64,000 bases of DNA, from assembly GCA_964645245.1 (NCBI GenBank), contig CAZYBS010000001.1, positions 526 to 64,525 on the forward strand, written 5' to 3'. Shown piece by piece: positions 18,925 to 28,514 of the stretch. The notes under the pieces were generated by a model. That model had not been told where the DNA came from and ran no database searches. It saw only the letters and a program-made list of their open reading frames with translations. Numbering within the stretch: the first letter of the stretch is position 1; each line of letters opens with the position of its first letter. This DNA is from an uncultured Candidatus Saccharibacteria bacterium. GTDB lineage: Bacteria; Patescibacteriota; Minisyncoccia; Phycocordibacterales; UBA9973. Both the position numbers and the translations under genes were made by a program.

Positions 18925-19099
18925 AATAATAATTAATAATAATGTCACTAATAATTTTCCTCAATCGCCTAAGAGTGCCCTTAAGGGAATGCACTGTAAG
19001 ACAATTCAAGATGACAAAAGCGTATTCGACTCGCCAATGTGTCCCTAATTATACAATAGGAACAAATATTATGACACAAGGGGGGTGTGGATAACCCGA

Positions 19100-19193
19100 A
19101 CTAGGGGCTAGTTGCTAGGGACTAGGGGATAGTTTTTATGCCAAATTTGTTTTTACTTTCCTAGAACCTAGAACCTTGTCCCTAGAACCTAAC
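19100..19193. repeat. Inverted arrays of CTAG-containing heptamers
   Basis: actaggg/gctagtt/gctaggg versus cctagaa/cctagaa; similar array at 23672-23750. Confidence 0.6.
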
Positions 19194-19547
19194 CTACTTC
19201 TTCGCTGCTAAAGCTTCAGCGATTTTGCTATTGGGAAGTATCGGACCGTAAAATACGACATGTTTCCTATTTAGATATAGGTGTTTGGGCGCCCAAAGAG
19301 CTTCAGTCAGCGGATTAAGCTGGAAATTGCTCTTCTTAGGGTCGGTAGCGTCTGGTGCCGTAGCTAGAATATAGCCATTTTTCAATTCCATCATTGGAAA
19401 TGTAGATAGCTTGCCTATATATACTTCCCCGGTGGAAAGATATACGACAGAAATAGAATTACCTGTATCCCTATATTTGCTCCAAAGAGCAACTCCCACG
19501 ACAACCAAAACCACGATAACTATCAGCGCGATATTTTTTTTAGACAT
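19194..19547 (-). CDS. Membrane-anchored hypothetical protein
   Basis: N-terminal TM; VVYLSTGEVYIGKL motif. Confidence 0.75.
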   Translation of the reverse strand: MSKKNIALIVIVVLVVVGVALWSKYRDTGNSISVVYLSTGEVYIGKLSTFPMMELKNGYILATAPDATDPKKSNFQLNPLTEALWAPKHLYLNRKHVVFYGPILPNSKIAEALAAKK

Positions 19548-19841
19548 AATAAATTCTTTTTTATGTTATTTGTAATAGAGATACTATAGAGGAATTTGAT
19601 ACAAAATACAACCTCACCCTACCCTCTCCAAAGGAGAGGGTAAATCACCCCTCCCTTTTGGGGAGGGGTTGGGGAGAGGTGGTAAATACAAAAAACCACT
19701 CTGAAAGGAGTGGTTTTTTGAAGTTTTAGAAGATCGACCCCGCCCAAGGCGGGCAGGCATCTAAAAGCTATTTCTAGAACCTAGGCCTCACCCCTCCGCC
19801 CCTCTCCATAACTTAGTTATGGAGAGGAGTTGGGGGAGAGG

Positions 19842-22800
19842 TTAGCTTGATACGCCAACCGTACCGGTAGGATAGTTGTAGAAGAAGCCAGGAGTTGTGG
19901 TCGTACGGTCAAGGTATCTGTTGGATACGGTCGTAGCCGCGCTTCCGGCGACATCTATACCATTGGTAGTAGCGGCATTTCCAGCCGTGTCAGTCCAGCT
20001 CAAGAGGTCCGCATTACCGGTGCTCAATGTAGCTTGACCGGCTTTGTTCGTACTGGTAACCGCGTCAAACTGCAAGAAAATCTTGAAGGTCTGACTTGTT
20101 CCAGCCGGAATCTGATAACCACCGGTAAAGGTAATGGTTGAAGTACCTCCAGCTGTCGTACTACCCATTGCCGTATTAGTCGTAGTCACCGGATTGCCGT
20201 CCTTGTCTTTAACACGAATACCGTCAGCCGCATAACCAGGGTTAGCATTAGGTAGTGTAGCCGAAGTTAGAATGGCATTAATTGGCAGAGCGTTAAGTGT
20301 GATATCACCCTTGAGATTAGCCGTCACAACCACATTACCAATTTGAACTGACCCAGTAGTAAGTACTTGAGTTGAGGTCGTCAGCGTCATGGTAGGAGCC
20401 GAACCAACCAATTTCATAGTCGGAGCAGCTACTGTAGCCGCGGTCTGAACAGTATCACAAGTTTGGATAGCCGCCGTACAAAGCGTACTGGTCGTATTAC
20501 CGCTGGTGTACTTGATGTACTCCAGAGCGACACGCGCAGTAGCGCCGGTAGAAATACCATTAGTGCCAACTTCGGCGTAGGAAACAAACACCTCCTGGCT
20601 AAGTCCGGAACCGCCGTTTGGAACAGTCAGAGCCAGACCGGTCAAGTAGGAAACACCAGCAACCGGCGCAGCTGACACATTGCCAACCTTAATCGCCGTA
20701 ACCGTTGAAGGAACTAATCTAACCGCTGAAGGAGTACCGGTAGAAGCTACAGCCACATAAACAGTCAGGTTTGGAGCGGAAATTGCGGTAACCGTACCCA
20801 AACCGTTGGTGGTCGCGGCCACTAGCTGAACGACATCACCCACCGCAAACTTAGCCGTATCGGCTGAAGTCGTCAGGGTCAGTGTCTGGGCAGTAGTTGT
20901 GTTTGCATCGGCATCGGTAGAAGCGGCCGAGAAGTCTTGGCTGTTGACAGTGAATTTCATTTCTGAAATTACTGCCGAGCCGCCAGTCGCTTGAATCTTG
21001 AACACTGCCTTGGTAGCATTAGCCGCACCGCCATTGGCCGCCGGAACGAATTGCTGAGAGGTAGATGGAGCGGTCAGCAAGGCAATGTTGTTAGAAACTG
21101 TACCGACAGCCAAAGTAACTGTTTGACCGGTTACCGCTGTCGCATTACCGTTCTGACTAATTGAAACATTGCTGCTTGAACCAATAGAAGTAACAACCAG
21201 CTTGGTCAAAACTGATGCGCTGCCAGCTGTAGCACCCGTATCAGCCAACACATCAATTACTTTGGTTGCTCCAGGTAGAAGCGTAAAGTCAACGGAGAAT
21301 GTGTTGGAAGCCGCCGGCTGAATTGGATTAGCGCCGGAGCCAGTAGTTTCGGAAGTTCTAAGATTGGAGAAGTTGGTCAAGGCCGGGGTGGTAGAAGTTG
21401 ACAGGGCTGTGCCCGCACCATTGAATAAGGTAACAGCCAAACTGGTTACCCGAACAGATTCAGAAGAACTCTGGTTTTGCAGAACGAATGAGCCAACCTT
21501 CACACCGGCGGTGTTCGGATTAGCATTTTGACTGGCATAACCGGTATTCCTGGAAACCGCCAGGACTCCGGTCTGAACAGTCAGGATTGTTCCGGTGACG
21601 GTAGAAGTCGGGAAATTCAAAGTGGCCTTTGAATTCTGACCCTGTCCATTGCTGGAACCGACATTAAGGTTAGCCGAGACCGAACCGGCAGTATAGTTGA
21701 TACTGGTAGAGTTCTGAAGGTCGGCGCGAATTTCAATATAACTGTCCGCACCGGCTGGCAGAATCATTTGTGAACCAAGCTGGAAGGTAAGCGCATCCGT
21801 GCCGTTGTAGGCAGCGCTGGAACCAACCTGTGAACCGTTAAAGTAGATAGTCACATTGTTCAAGTTGGTCGTTGAACCGGAGGCGGTAACACCGCTAGTC
21901 ATGATAGGTTTAACAATAAGATTGCTAACCTTCACATCCTCGCCATATCCATGCACTTTGAATTTACCAATAGCGACGTTGGTCGCGCCGCCAGTAATAT
22001 TCGTCAGCGCTTGGAAAGTAGGGTCAACATTGACCGAAGCCGAACCGGCATTAATTGTTATTTGACCGGCCGTATTGGCAGTAAAGGCAGTGGTAGAACT
22101 AACAGCCGCAGCCAAATTTACTCCAACTTGACCATCGTAGAGAACTAAGTCAGAGGCTTGCTGAACTGAAACTGTAACCGTGTAGCTTGCACCCTTGACA
22201 ATATCTGCGCGCACATCAACCGTGTGCGTACCAGTTGAAAGCTTTAGAGGGCTAGCGGAAAAGTCAAACATTGCGTAGTTGGAGCCGGTAATCGTGCCCA
22301 TCGTAGCGGCACTGCCTACATTGACACCATCAACATAAAGCTTGACATTGCCCAGCGCGTCAACCGGGGCTGAACCAACTGTGCGGAAGTTCGCACCCTT
22401 GAGCCAGACTTCACGTACATTTACTTGTACCGGAGCTGACCAGACTGTGTAGGCGGAGGTCCCGGCATTGACTGATGCGGCCGGAACAGCCACCGAAGCT
22501 TGCGTGGCCAGATAGACACTCGCTAAGTTACCGCTACCGTAAGTCATTGTATTACCGCTTACGTTAGCTGTCACAGCTGTTTGACCAGCGGCGGTAAAGC
22601 TAAGTAGAGTAATGCCCAGAGTGGAAGCATTAGTCACAACAGCCACATCAGCTTTGACCGAAATAGTTCTGGAACCACTGACCGCCAGACCAAGACTATT
22701 CATTGTTAGTTCACCAGTATTGTTGAATGAATAACCGTCGGTCAGACGAGTCGTCCCGTCATATAAGTAGAGATTGGACAAGGTGTTTTGGTCAGAGACA

Positions 22801-23348
22801 CCAGTGCGCTTGAGCATAACTGTATTGACAGTGCCTGCACCACTGAAGGTAAAGTGCGCCAGGTCAGCCGTAGATTGACCGCCGATGATGTATCTGGAAG
22901 CTGGATTGTCTGCCGCAACTGCGACGGTTACTGGACCAGTTTGTGCTACTGGAGTTGTTGCTGCACAAGGAGCGCCGGTATTACTATTGTACATAGCCCC
23001 GCCCTCACAACCTGCAGCTGGAGCAGAAGTCATAGCCGCACCGCCGGACCAAGCAGCGCGTGATTTAGGACCGAAGACTCCGTCAGCCGCCAAGCCTGCA
23101 TCGCTTTGCCAAGCCATGACAGCCGCTTTGGTTTTCGGACCAAATTTACCGTCGGCAGTGGCTCCGACCGCCGTCTGCAGACATTTAACTTGCTCGCCTT
23201 TTGAACCTACTCTCAAGGTGCTAGTGATTGTACAATCAGCCGCAAGAGCTGTAGTCGCGAACGCAAAGGCGAACAAGACGACACCTACGAGCAGAGCCGA
23301 CGCAACCATCGCTCCAAGAAGGAATTTTGATTTTAATATATTACTCAT
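19842..23348 (-). CDS. Large secreted protein with N-terminal peptidoglycan-binding domain (S-layer-like candidate)
   Basis: Signal peptide; TLRVGSKGEQVKCLQ..ADGKFGPKT..WQ..GL.ADGVFGP; ~1000 aa beta-rich Thr/Ala/Ser body; long structured 5' UTR. Confidence 0.85.
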   Translation of the reverse strand: MSNILKSKFLLGAMVASALLVGVVLFAFAFATTALAADCTITSTLRVGSKGEQVKCLQTAVGATADGKFGPKTKAAVMAWQSDAGLAADGVFGPKSRAAWSGGAAMTSAPAAGCEGGAMYNSNTGAPCAATTPVAQTGPVTVAVAADNPASRYIIGGQSTADLAHFTFSGAGTVNTVMLKRTGVSDQNTLSNLYLYDGTTRLTDGYSFNNTGELTMNSLGLAVSGSRTISVKADVAVVTNASTLGITLLSFTAAGQTAVTANVSGNTMTYGSGNLASVYLATQASVAVPAASVNAGTSAYTVWSAPVQVNVREVWLKGANFRTVGSAPVDALGNVKLYVDGVNVGSAATMGTITGSNYAMFDFSASPLKLSTGTHTVDVRADIVKGASYTVTVSVQQASDLVLYDGQVGVNLAAAVSSTTAFTANTAGQITINAGSASVNVDPTFQALTNITGGATNVAIGKFKVHGYGEDVKVSNLIVKPIMTSGVTASGSTTNLNNVTIYFNGSQVGSSAAYNGTDALTFQLGSQMILPAGADSYIEIRADLQNSTSINYTAGSVSANLNVGSSNGQGQNSKATLNFPTSTVTGTILTVQTGVLAVSRNTGYASQNANPNTAGVKVGSFVLQNQSSSESVRVTSLAVTLFNGAGTALSTSTTPALTNFSNLRTSETTGSGANPIQPAASNTFSVDFTLLPGATKVIDVLADTGATAGSASVLTKLVVTSIGSSSNVSISQNGNATAVTGQTVTLAVGTVSNNIALLTAPSTSQQFVPAANGGAANATKAVFKIQATGGSAVISEMKFTVNSQDFSAASTDADANTTTAQTLTLTTSADTAKFAVGDVVQLVAATTNGLGTVTAISAPNLTVYVAVASTGTPSAVRLVPSTVTAIKVGNVSAAPVAGVSYLTGLALTVPNGGSGLSQEVFVSYAEVGTNGISTGATARVALEYIKYTSGNTTSTLCTAAIQTCDTVQTAATVAAPTMKLVGSAPTMTLTTSTQVLTTGSVQIGNVVVTANLKGDITLNALPINAILTSATLPNANPGYAADGIRVKDKDGNPVTTTNTAMGSTTAGGTSTITFTGGYQIPAGTSQTFKIFLQFDAVTSTNKAGQATLSTGNADLLSWTDTAGNAATTNGIDVAGSAATTVSNRYLDRTTTTPGFFYNYPTGTVGVSS

Positions 23349-23736
23349 AAATTTTTTCTAATTTTTACGCCATTAATTAGTTTCGACTCGCCCCTCACTT
23401 GCACGCAAGTGAGGGACAAAACTAAAAGCGTATTTTTTCTATCGTTATTTTTTACCCGCTAATAATAATGACCTTTTATTCTCCTTCAAGATTTTTTCGA
23501 CGAAATCGTGAACGAAAACAAATTACGATTGGTGAATATAGATTGCACAAAGATGTGCAGTCAACAGACACCATGACATTATAATATACAGCTCCAGGAT
23601 AGAGCAATATACTATGTGGATAACTCCCACACCCCTATATTTGCACACTTTTAACTGGAATGCAAGGGGGTAAATCAGGGGCTAGGTGCTAGGTTCTAGA
23701 TTATGCTGTTTTTCACTAGTCCCTAGCACCTAGAAC

Positions 23737-24507
23737 CTAGCCCCTGATTTGGTACCTACTCCAGCGTTTCTCTCCTGTCTTATTAAGGATACTGTCCTTG
23801 ACCATAGATACTAACTCTCTCTGTAATGTCTTTTCACTACAAGAAGAAATGAGTGACCCTGCCTCGCCGGCAGGCAGGCCTGAAGCTTTGGTTTTAATAT
23901 CCGTTATGGTAACACCACTAGGACTGGCTTTTATTACAGATATTATTAGATCTCGTCTTTGTTTTTTTACGGACAAAGCAAGAGTTCTATCGGACAAAGC
24001 TTTCATAAGAGTGCTCCCTTTTTGGACACCGATTCTAGTATGTCCTTTAGAATTTTCTCTCCCCCTGCTAAGGGGGAGTGCTCCGACCCGGGTCGGAGCG
24101 AGGGGGTCAGACCCCTCCTCATTCCTCCCCTTAGCAGGGGAGGAATTTTCTAAAAATTCTTCAAGCCATGTAGGTTTTATTTGCTTGGACTCACTTATGG
24201 ATTGATTGAGTTCTGTGAATTCTTTTCTGAGAATATTGCTATTCATTTCAGAAATGATATTAACGGCGGAAGCTATGTCCAAAAAGGACATGATCTCAGA
24301 TATTTTAGGTAAAGTATTTACCGGGGCAAAATGCATGTCCGATATAATATTAGTGCCTAATGTCCTTAACTTATTCCGAAGTGGCTCTTCTTTGTCCATA
24401 ATGTCTGTTACCATATAAAGCGCAGTAATAAGTTTATTGGTCTTGGTGTAAGACATCAACCTCACCCCTTCGCCCCTCTCCTTAATATTTTTTTCATCTC
24501 CAAGCAT
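23737..24507 (-). CDS. Helical N-terminal domain plus C-terminal winged-HTH DNA-binding protein
   Basis: KTNKLITALYMVTD; CSEKTLQRELVSMV..GEKRWSRY; palindromic inserts at 23858-23878 and 24055-24145. Confidence 0.7.
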   Translation of the reverse strand: MLGDEKNIKERGEGVRLMSYTKTNKLITALYMVTDIMDKEEPLRNKLRTLGTNIISDMHFAPVNTLPKISEIMSFLDIASAVNIISEMNSNILRKEFTELNQSISESKQIKPTWLEEFLENSSPAKGRNEEGSDPLAPTRVGALPLSRGRENSKGHTRIGVQKGSTLMKALSDRTLALSVKKQRRDLIISVIKASPSGVTITDIKTKASGLPAGEAGSLISSCSEKTLQRELVSMVKDSILNKTGEKRWSRYQIRG

Positions 24508-24586
24508 CTGTCCGTTATACTATAGGACAAGGAAAAACGCAAGGTATTTTTACTAAAAAACTTTTCTGTGTTAAAATATAAATATC

Positions 24587-26809
24587 ATGAAAAATAAAAA
24601 AGAAAATCCAGTAGGACTAAAAACTCAAACCAAACACGGGATAATGGCAGTCATTTTTTTTGTTTTGGCATTATTTTTTTTAATGTCCGCCTTTGAGATG
24701 ACGGGAGTCGCCGGTGAATTTATTTATGAAAAACTTAATTACCTTTTAGGTATCGGCTATGCACTTCTTCCTGCCCTTTTTGTCTTGCTTGGGTCTTCAT
24801 TTGTAAAATCGGAGACTCCGGATATCGGATGGACAAGTACAATAAGTGGAATAATGTTTCTCCTCTCGGGGCTCGGACTAATAGACATTGCCTCCGGTAA
24901 GCATTCGGGCGGATTGTTAGGAGAAATTTTATCAATACCTCTGGTCTCTCTTTTTGACGCATATGCGAGCATTATTTTCCTCGGCGCAATTTTAATAATT
25001 TCAATTCTGGTAATATTTGACGCAAAACTGGACATCGCGCCTTTTTTTGAAAAACTCTGGATTTTGATAACGAAGAAAAAAGCAGAGAAATACTCTTCCC
25101 CTGCTAAGGGGGAGATAGCCGAAGTAGAGGGGGTCGACCCCTCCCTAATCCTCCCCTTAGCAGGAGAGGAGGAATCAGAACCGATAACTAAAAAAATTAA
25201 AAAAGTATTGGGTATAAGTAAGGAAGACGAAGAAGAGATGCCAATTAAAAAAAGGAAAGCGGATCTTTCTACTTACGTTCCTCCCCCACTGTCTCTATTG
25301 GAAGAAGATCAAGGTAAGCCGAATACCGGCGACATAAAAGCTAATGCCAATATAATAAAACGCACGCTCCTAAACTTCGGCATTGAAGTGGAAATGGATG
25401 AAATAACAATCGGGCCGACCGTCACGCGTTATGCATTGAAACCGGCCGAGGGAATGAAACTCTCGCGCATTATCGGCCTCACCAACGACCTGGCGCTGGC
25501 GCTGGCGGCGCACCCGATTAGAATAGAGGCGCCGATTCCGGGAAAATCTTTGGTTGGCATTGAAATTCCAAATAGAACAAAGTCGCTAGTCGGTCTGGCC
25601 ACCCTGCTGGCTGATGATAAATTCCAAAATTCTTCAAAACCCCTGACTATAGCCCTAGGCCGCAACATCGGAGGCAAGTCAGTATTTGGCAACCTGGCCA
25701 GAATGCCGCATTGTCTGGTCGCCGGCGCAACCGGTTCCGGGAAATCAGTAGCTATTCACGCGATGATTACTTCCCTGCTTTATAGAAACGGGCCAGACGA
25801 CTTGAAATTTATAATGATAGACCCCAAGCGCGTAGAGCTCACCCTTTATAATAATATTCCGCACTTGCTCACTCCCGTCATCACTGATGCCAAAAAGACA
25901 ATCCTGGCTTTGAAGTGGGCAGCCAAAGAAATGGATCGCCGTTATGACATATTGGAAGCAGAATCCGTGCGAGACATAGAATCTTACCATAACAATATCT
26001 GGAAAGAAGGGGGTGGTGATCGTCTACCTTATATTATCATTATAATAGATGAGTTAGCAGACATAATGAGTTCTTATCCGAGAGAACTTGAATCCGCCAT
26101 CATCCGCCTGGCGCAACTGTCCAGAGCTGTGGGCATTCATTTAATCTTGTCTACCCAGCGTCCGGAAGTAAATATCATTACCGGCCTAATTAAAGCTAAT
26201 ATTCCGGCTCGAGTCGCCCTGAAAGTTTCTTCGCAAGTAGATTCACGCACCATACTGGATGCCGGCGGCGCAGAAAAACTTTTGGGCGCCGGAGATATGC
26301 TTTATTCTTCGGGCGAAGCTCAGCCAGAACGCTTGCAGAGCGCGTTTATTTCCGAAGCCGAAGTTAAAAAAGTCGTAAAGTATCTGGCCGATGTATATAA
26401 AGATGAAATATCCGAAGAGATAGCATTTTCGGCAGGAAATATGGCAGTTGATAAAAGTATTTTTTCCGCCCAAGGCGCCGCGCCTGCCGGATTTGGCGGG
26501 CAGGGACCAGCCTTGGGCTGGGAAAGCTTAGATGAAGGAGGTGATGACGATGAACTGTACGAAGAAGCGAGAGCTTGTGTCATAGAGGCCGGTAAAGCGT
26601 CAACTTCTTATCTGCAAAGAAAATTAAAATTAGGATACGCACGCGCGGCGCGCCTAATGGATAAATTGGAAGAACGTGGAGTAATCGGCCCCGGCGATGG
26701 CGCAAAACCCAGGGAGGTATTGTCCCGACGTCCAGAGGAGTCGGGATCCCGACCGCAAACGTCGGGAGAGAAAATCACGCATGATGATATGGGGGGTAAT
26801 ACAATATGA
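24587..26809 (+). CDS. ftsK: DNA translocase FtsK
   Basis: N-terminal TMs, GPTVTRY, IRIEAPIPGK, AGATGSGKS, MIDPKRVEL, IIDELAD, TQRP, AEKLLGAGDML, gamma domain STSYLQRKLKLGYARAAR. Confidence 0.97.
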   Translation: MKNKKENPVGLKTQTKHGIMAVIFFVLALFFLMSAFEMTGVAGEFIYEKLNYLLGIGYALLPALFVLLGSSFVKSETPDIGWTSTISGIMFLLSGLGLIDIASGKHSGGLLGEILSIPLVSLFDAYASIIFLGAILIISILVIFDAKLDIAPFFEKLWILITKKKAEKYSSPAKGEIAEVEGVDPSLILPLAGEEESEPITKKIKKVLGISKEDEEEMPIKKRKADLSTYVPPPLSLLEEDQGKPNTGDIKANANIIKRTLLNFGIEVEMDEITIGPTVTRYALKPAEGMKLSRIIGLTNDLALALAAHPIRIEAPIPGKSLVGIEIPNRTKSLVGLATLLADDKFQNSSKPLTIALGRNIGGKSVFGNLARMPHCLVAGATGSGKSVAIHAMITSLLYRNGPDDLKFIMIDPKRVELTLYNNIPHLLTPVITDAKKTILALKWAAKEMDRRYDILEAESVRDIESYHNNIWKEGGGDRLPYIIIIIDELADIMSSYPRELESAIIRLAQLSRAVGIHLILSTQRPEVNIITGLIKANIPARVALKVSSQVDSRTILDAGGAEKLLGAGDMLYSSGEAQPERLQSAFISEAEVKKVVKYLADVYKDEISEEIAFSAGNMAVDKSIFSAQGAAPAGFGGQGPALGWESLDEGGDDDELYEEARACVIEAGKASTSYLQRKLKLGYARAARLMDKLEERGVIGPGDGAKPREVLSRRPEESGSRPQTSGEKITHDDMGGNTI
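25093..25171. repeat. Family A element in-frame in the FtsK linker
   Basis: cccctgctaagggggag..gagggggtcgacccctcc..cctccccttagcagg; homolog at 24055-24145. Confidence 0.75.
26465..26521. mobile_element. Family C element interrupted by a 27-nt CCTGCC..GGCAGG element, in-frame in ftsK
   Basis: tccgcccaaggcg[ccgcgcctgccggatttggcgggcagg]gaccagccttgggctgg = 30+27 nt, SAQGAAPAGFGGQGPALGW. Confidence 0.7.
26723..26767. repeat. Family G double hairpin, 45 nt, in-frame near the ftsK 3' end
   Basis: tcccgac..gtcggga-tcccgac..gtcggga; removal gives KPREVLEKI. Confidence 0.7.
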
Positions 26810-27219
26810 ATCACAACGCAAAAAGAATATCACAAATAGCTGGCCTGTCTATTTTTTTTCTTCTGATTATTATTTACGCCTTTTTCCGCTCTCATGATTT
26901 AATTTTCGGAGTGAAAATAAAAAATGTAAATATAGTAGACGGGGCACCCGCCCGAACGACTGTTCAGTCGGGCGGGAAAGTTGCAAACAGTGTTCTCCAA
27001 GTGACAGGAAATGCGAGAAATGCGACAAACTTGACTTTAAACGGCCGGGAAATTTCAATAGACCAAGAAGGTAATTTCGACGAGACAATAGTTCTCCTGA
27101 TAGGATATAATATAATAAATATAACAGCCAAAGATAAATTTGGATATATTGATGAAAAAAATTATCAAATTATAAATAACGAGCGAAGTGAGTATATTTT
27201 ATTTGACCCTGTTAAATGA
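26806..27219 (+). CDS. Membrane-anchored small Ig-like domain protein
   Basis: TM, then V.GNA.NA..LTLNGREI..GYNII.I.AKDKFG; ATGA overlap with ftsK; contains the family B 30-mer at 26947-26976. Confidence 0.75.
   Translation: MNHNAKRISQIAGLSIFFLLIIIYAFFRSHDLIFGVKIKNVNIVDGAPARTTVQSGGKVANSVLQVTGNARNATNLTLNGREISIDQEGNFDETIVLLIGYNIINITAKDKFGYIDEKNYQIINNERSEYILFDPVK
26947..26976. mobile_element. Family B 30-mer, in-frame
   Basis: cccgcccgaacgactgttcagtcgggcggg, identical at 31152-31181 and 55834-55863. Confidence 0.9.
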
Positions 27220-27292
27220 TTTTTGAAGACAAAAATCAAAATCTAAAAGATTTTATTTAACAGGGTGGTGATTTTATATAGTCGCTACGCTC
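27181..27292. repeat. Nested multi-branch palindromic element upstream of recA
   Basis: Outer gagcgaagtga..tcgctacgctc; inner accctgttaaat..atttaacagggt (27206-27266) enclosing two small hairpins. Confidence 0.65.
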
Positions 27293-27306
27293 ATTAAAAA
27301 TCAACC

Positions 27307-28380
27307 ATGTTAAAGAAAAAAGAAAAAAAAGAAGACAAGACTGTGGGAATAGCTGTGCTGGAAGATACTTTGAAGTCAATCCAAAATAAATTTGGCGAAG
27401 GAGCCATAATGAAGTTCGGTGATTCACCGAAGGTGGACGTCAATGTGGTGCCAACTGGCTCTATCGGCCTGGATATGGCGCTCGGAGTCGGCGGGATACC
27501 ACGCGGCAGAATTATTGAAATATTCGGGCCGGAATCATCCGGAAAGACAACGCTCGCCTTGCATATCGCGGCGGAAGCGCAAAAGCTCGGTGGGATCTGC
27601 GCCTACATAGATGCCGAACACGCAATGGACCCGGAATATACCAAAAAACTTGGAGTTAACATAAATAATCTGCTCATTTCCCAACCGGATAACGGCGAAC
27701 AAGCGCTGGAAATCGTAGAGAGCTTAGTGCGAACGGGAAAAATTGATGTCATCGTTATCGACTCGGTGGCAGCGCTCACTCCCAAAGATGAGATTGAAGG
27801 TGATATGGGCGCATATCATGTCGGCAAGCAGGCCCGCCTGATGTCCCAAGCGCTGCGCAAGCTTACGGCAATAGTGGCAAGGTCTAAGACCGTTGTTATT
27901 TTTATAAATCAAATCCGCATGCAAATCGGAGTGATGTTCGGCAATCCAGAAACTACTCCGGGAGGCAAAGCGCTGAAGTTCTACACTTCGGTCCGGCTGG
28001 ATATTCGAAAAATCGCTCAAATAAAAAAAGGGGAAGAAGTTGTGGGTTCGCGCACCCGTGTCAAGGTAGTGAAAAATAAGGTCTCAGCTCCATTCAAGCA
28101 GACGGAATTTGATATTATTTACAACGAAGGCATTTCCAAAGAAGGCGAGATTATGGCATTGGGAGAGAAATTCAAAATCATAGAAAAAACCGGGAATTCG
28201 TATTTCTATGTACCCCTACCCGGCCTCCCCCTTAATAAGGGGGAGGAGAAAGGAGGGGGTAAAGAGAAAATAAAGCTCGGCGTAGGCTATGACTCTACCC
28301 GCACGTTCCTGAAAGAAAACAAAAAAATCTCCGACCAAATCCTGAAAGAAATTAAAAAGAAATTTACGGAGGAAGCGTAA
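27307..28380 (+). CDS. recA: Recombinase A
   Basis: [54 protein letters not shown]; family A insert at about 28212-28260. Confidence 0.99.
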   Translation: MLKKKEKKEDKTVGIAVLEDTLKSIQNKFGEGAIMKFGDSPKVDVNVVPTGSIGLDMALGVGGIPRGRIIEIFGPESSGKTTLALHIAAEAQKLGGICAYIDAEHAMDPEYTKKLGVNINNLLISQPDNGEQALEIVESLVRTGKIDVIVIDSVAALTPKDEIEGDMGAYHVGKQARLMSQALRKLTAIVARSKTVVIFINQIRMQIGVMFGNPETTPGGKALKFYTSVRLDIRKIAQIKKGEEVVGSRTRVKVVKNKVSAPFKQTEFDIIYNEGISKEGEIMALGEKFKIIEKTGNSYFYVPLPGLPLNKGEEKGGGKEKIKLGVGYDSTRTFLKENKKISDQILKEIKKKFTEEA

Positions 28381-28514
28381 AAACTCGTTGAAACATAACT
28401 TTTCGGAGGGGTTTTGAGCGCGACGGCGCGAAAACTTCAGGATTTTTTAAGCTTCAAAAAATCCGTACCGAAGAAAAGTTGTGTTGAGAAAGAGTTTCTG
28501 ATAATATAGCCCCT

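Noticed and set aside
1230-23623. oriC suggested by DnaA boxes
   Set aside because: The boxes are single and kilobases apart, each tied to a promoter; no cluster, unwinding element, dnaA or dnaN nearby.
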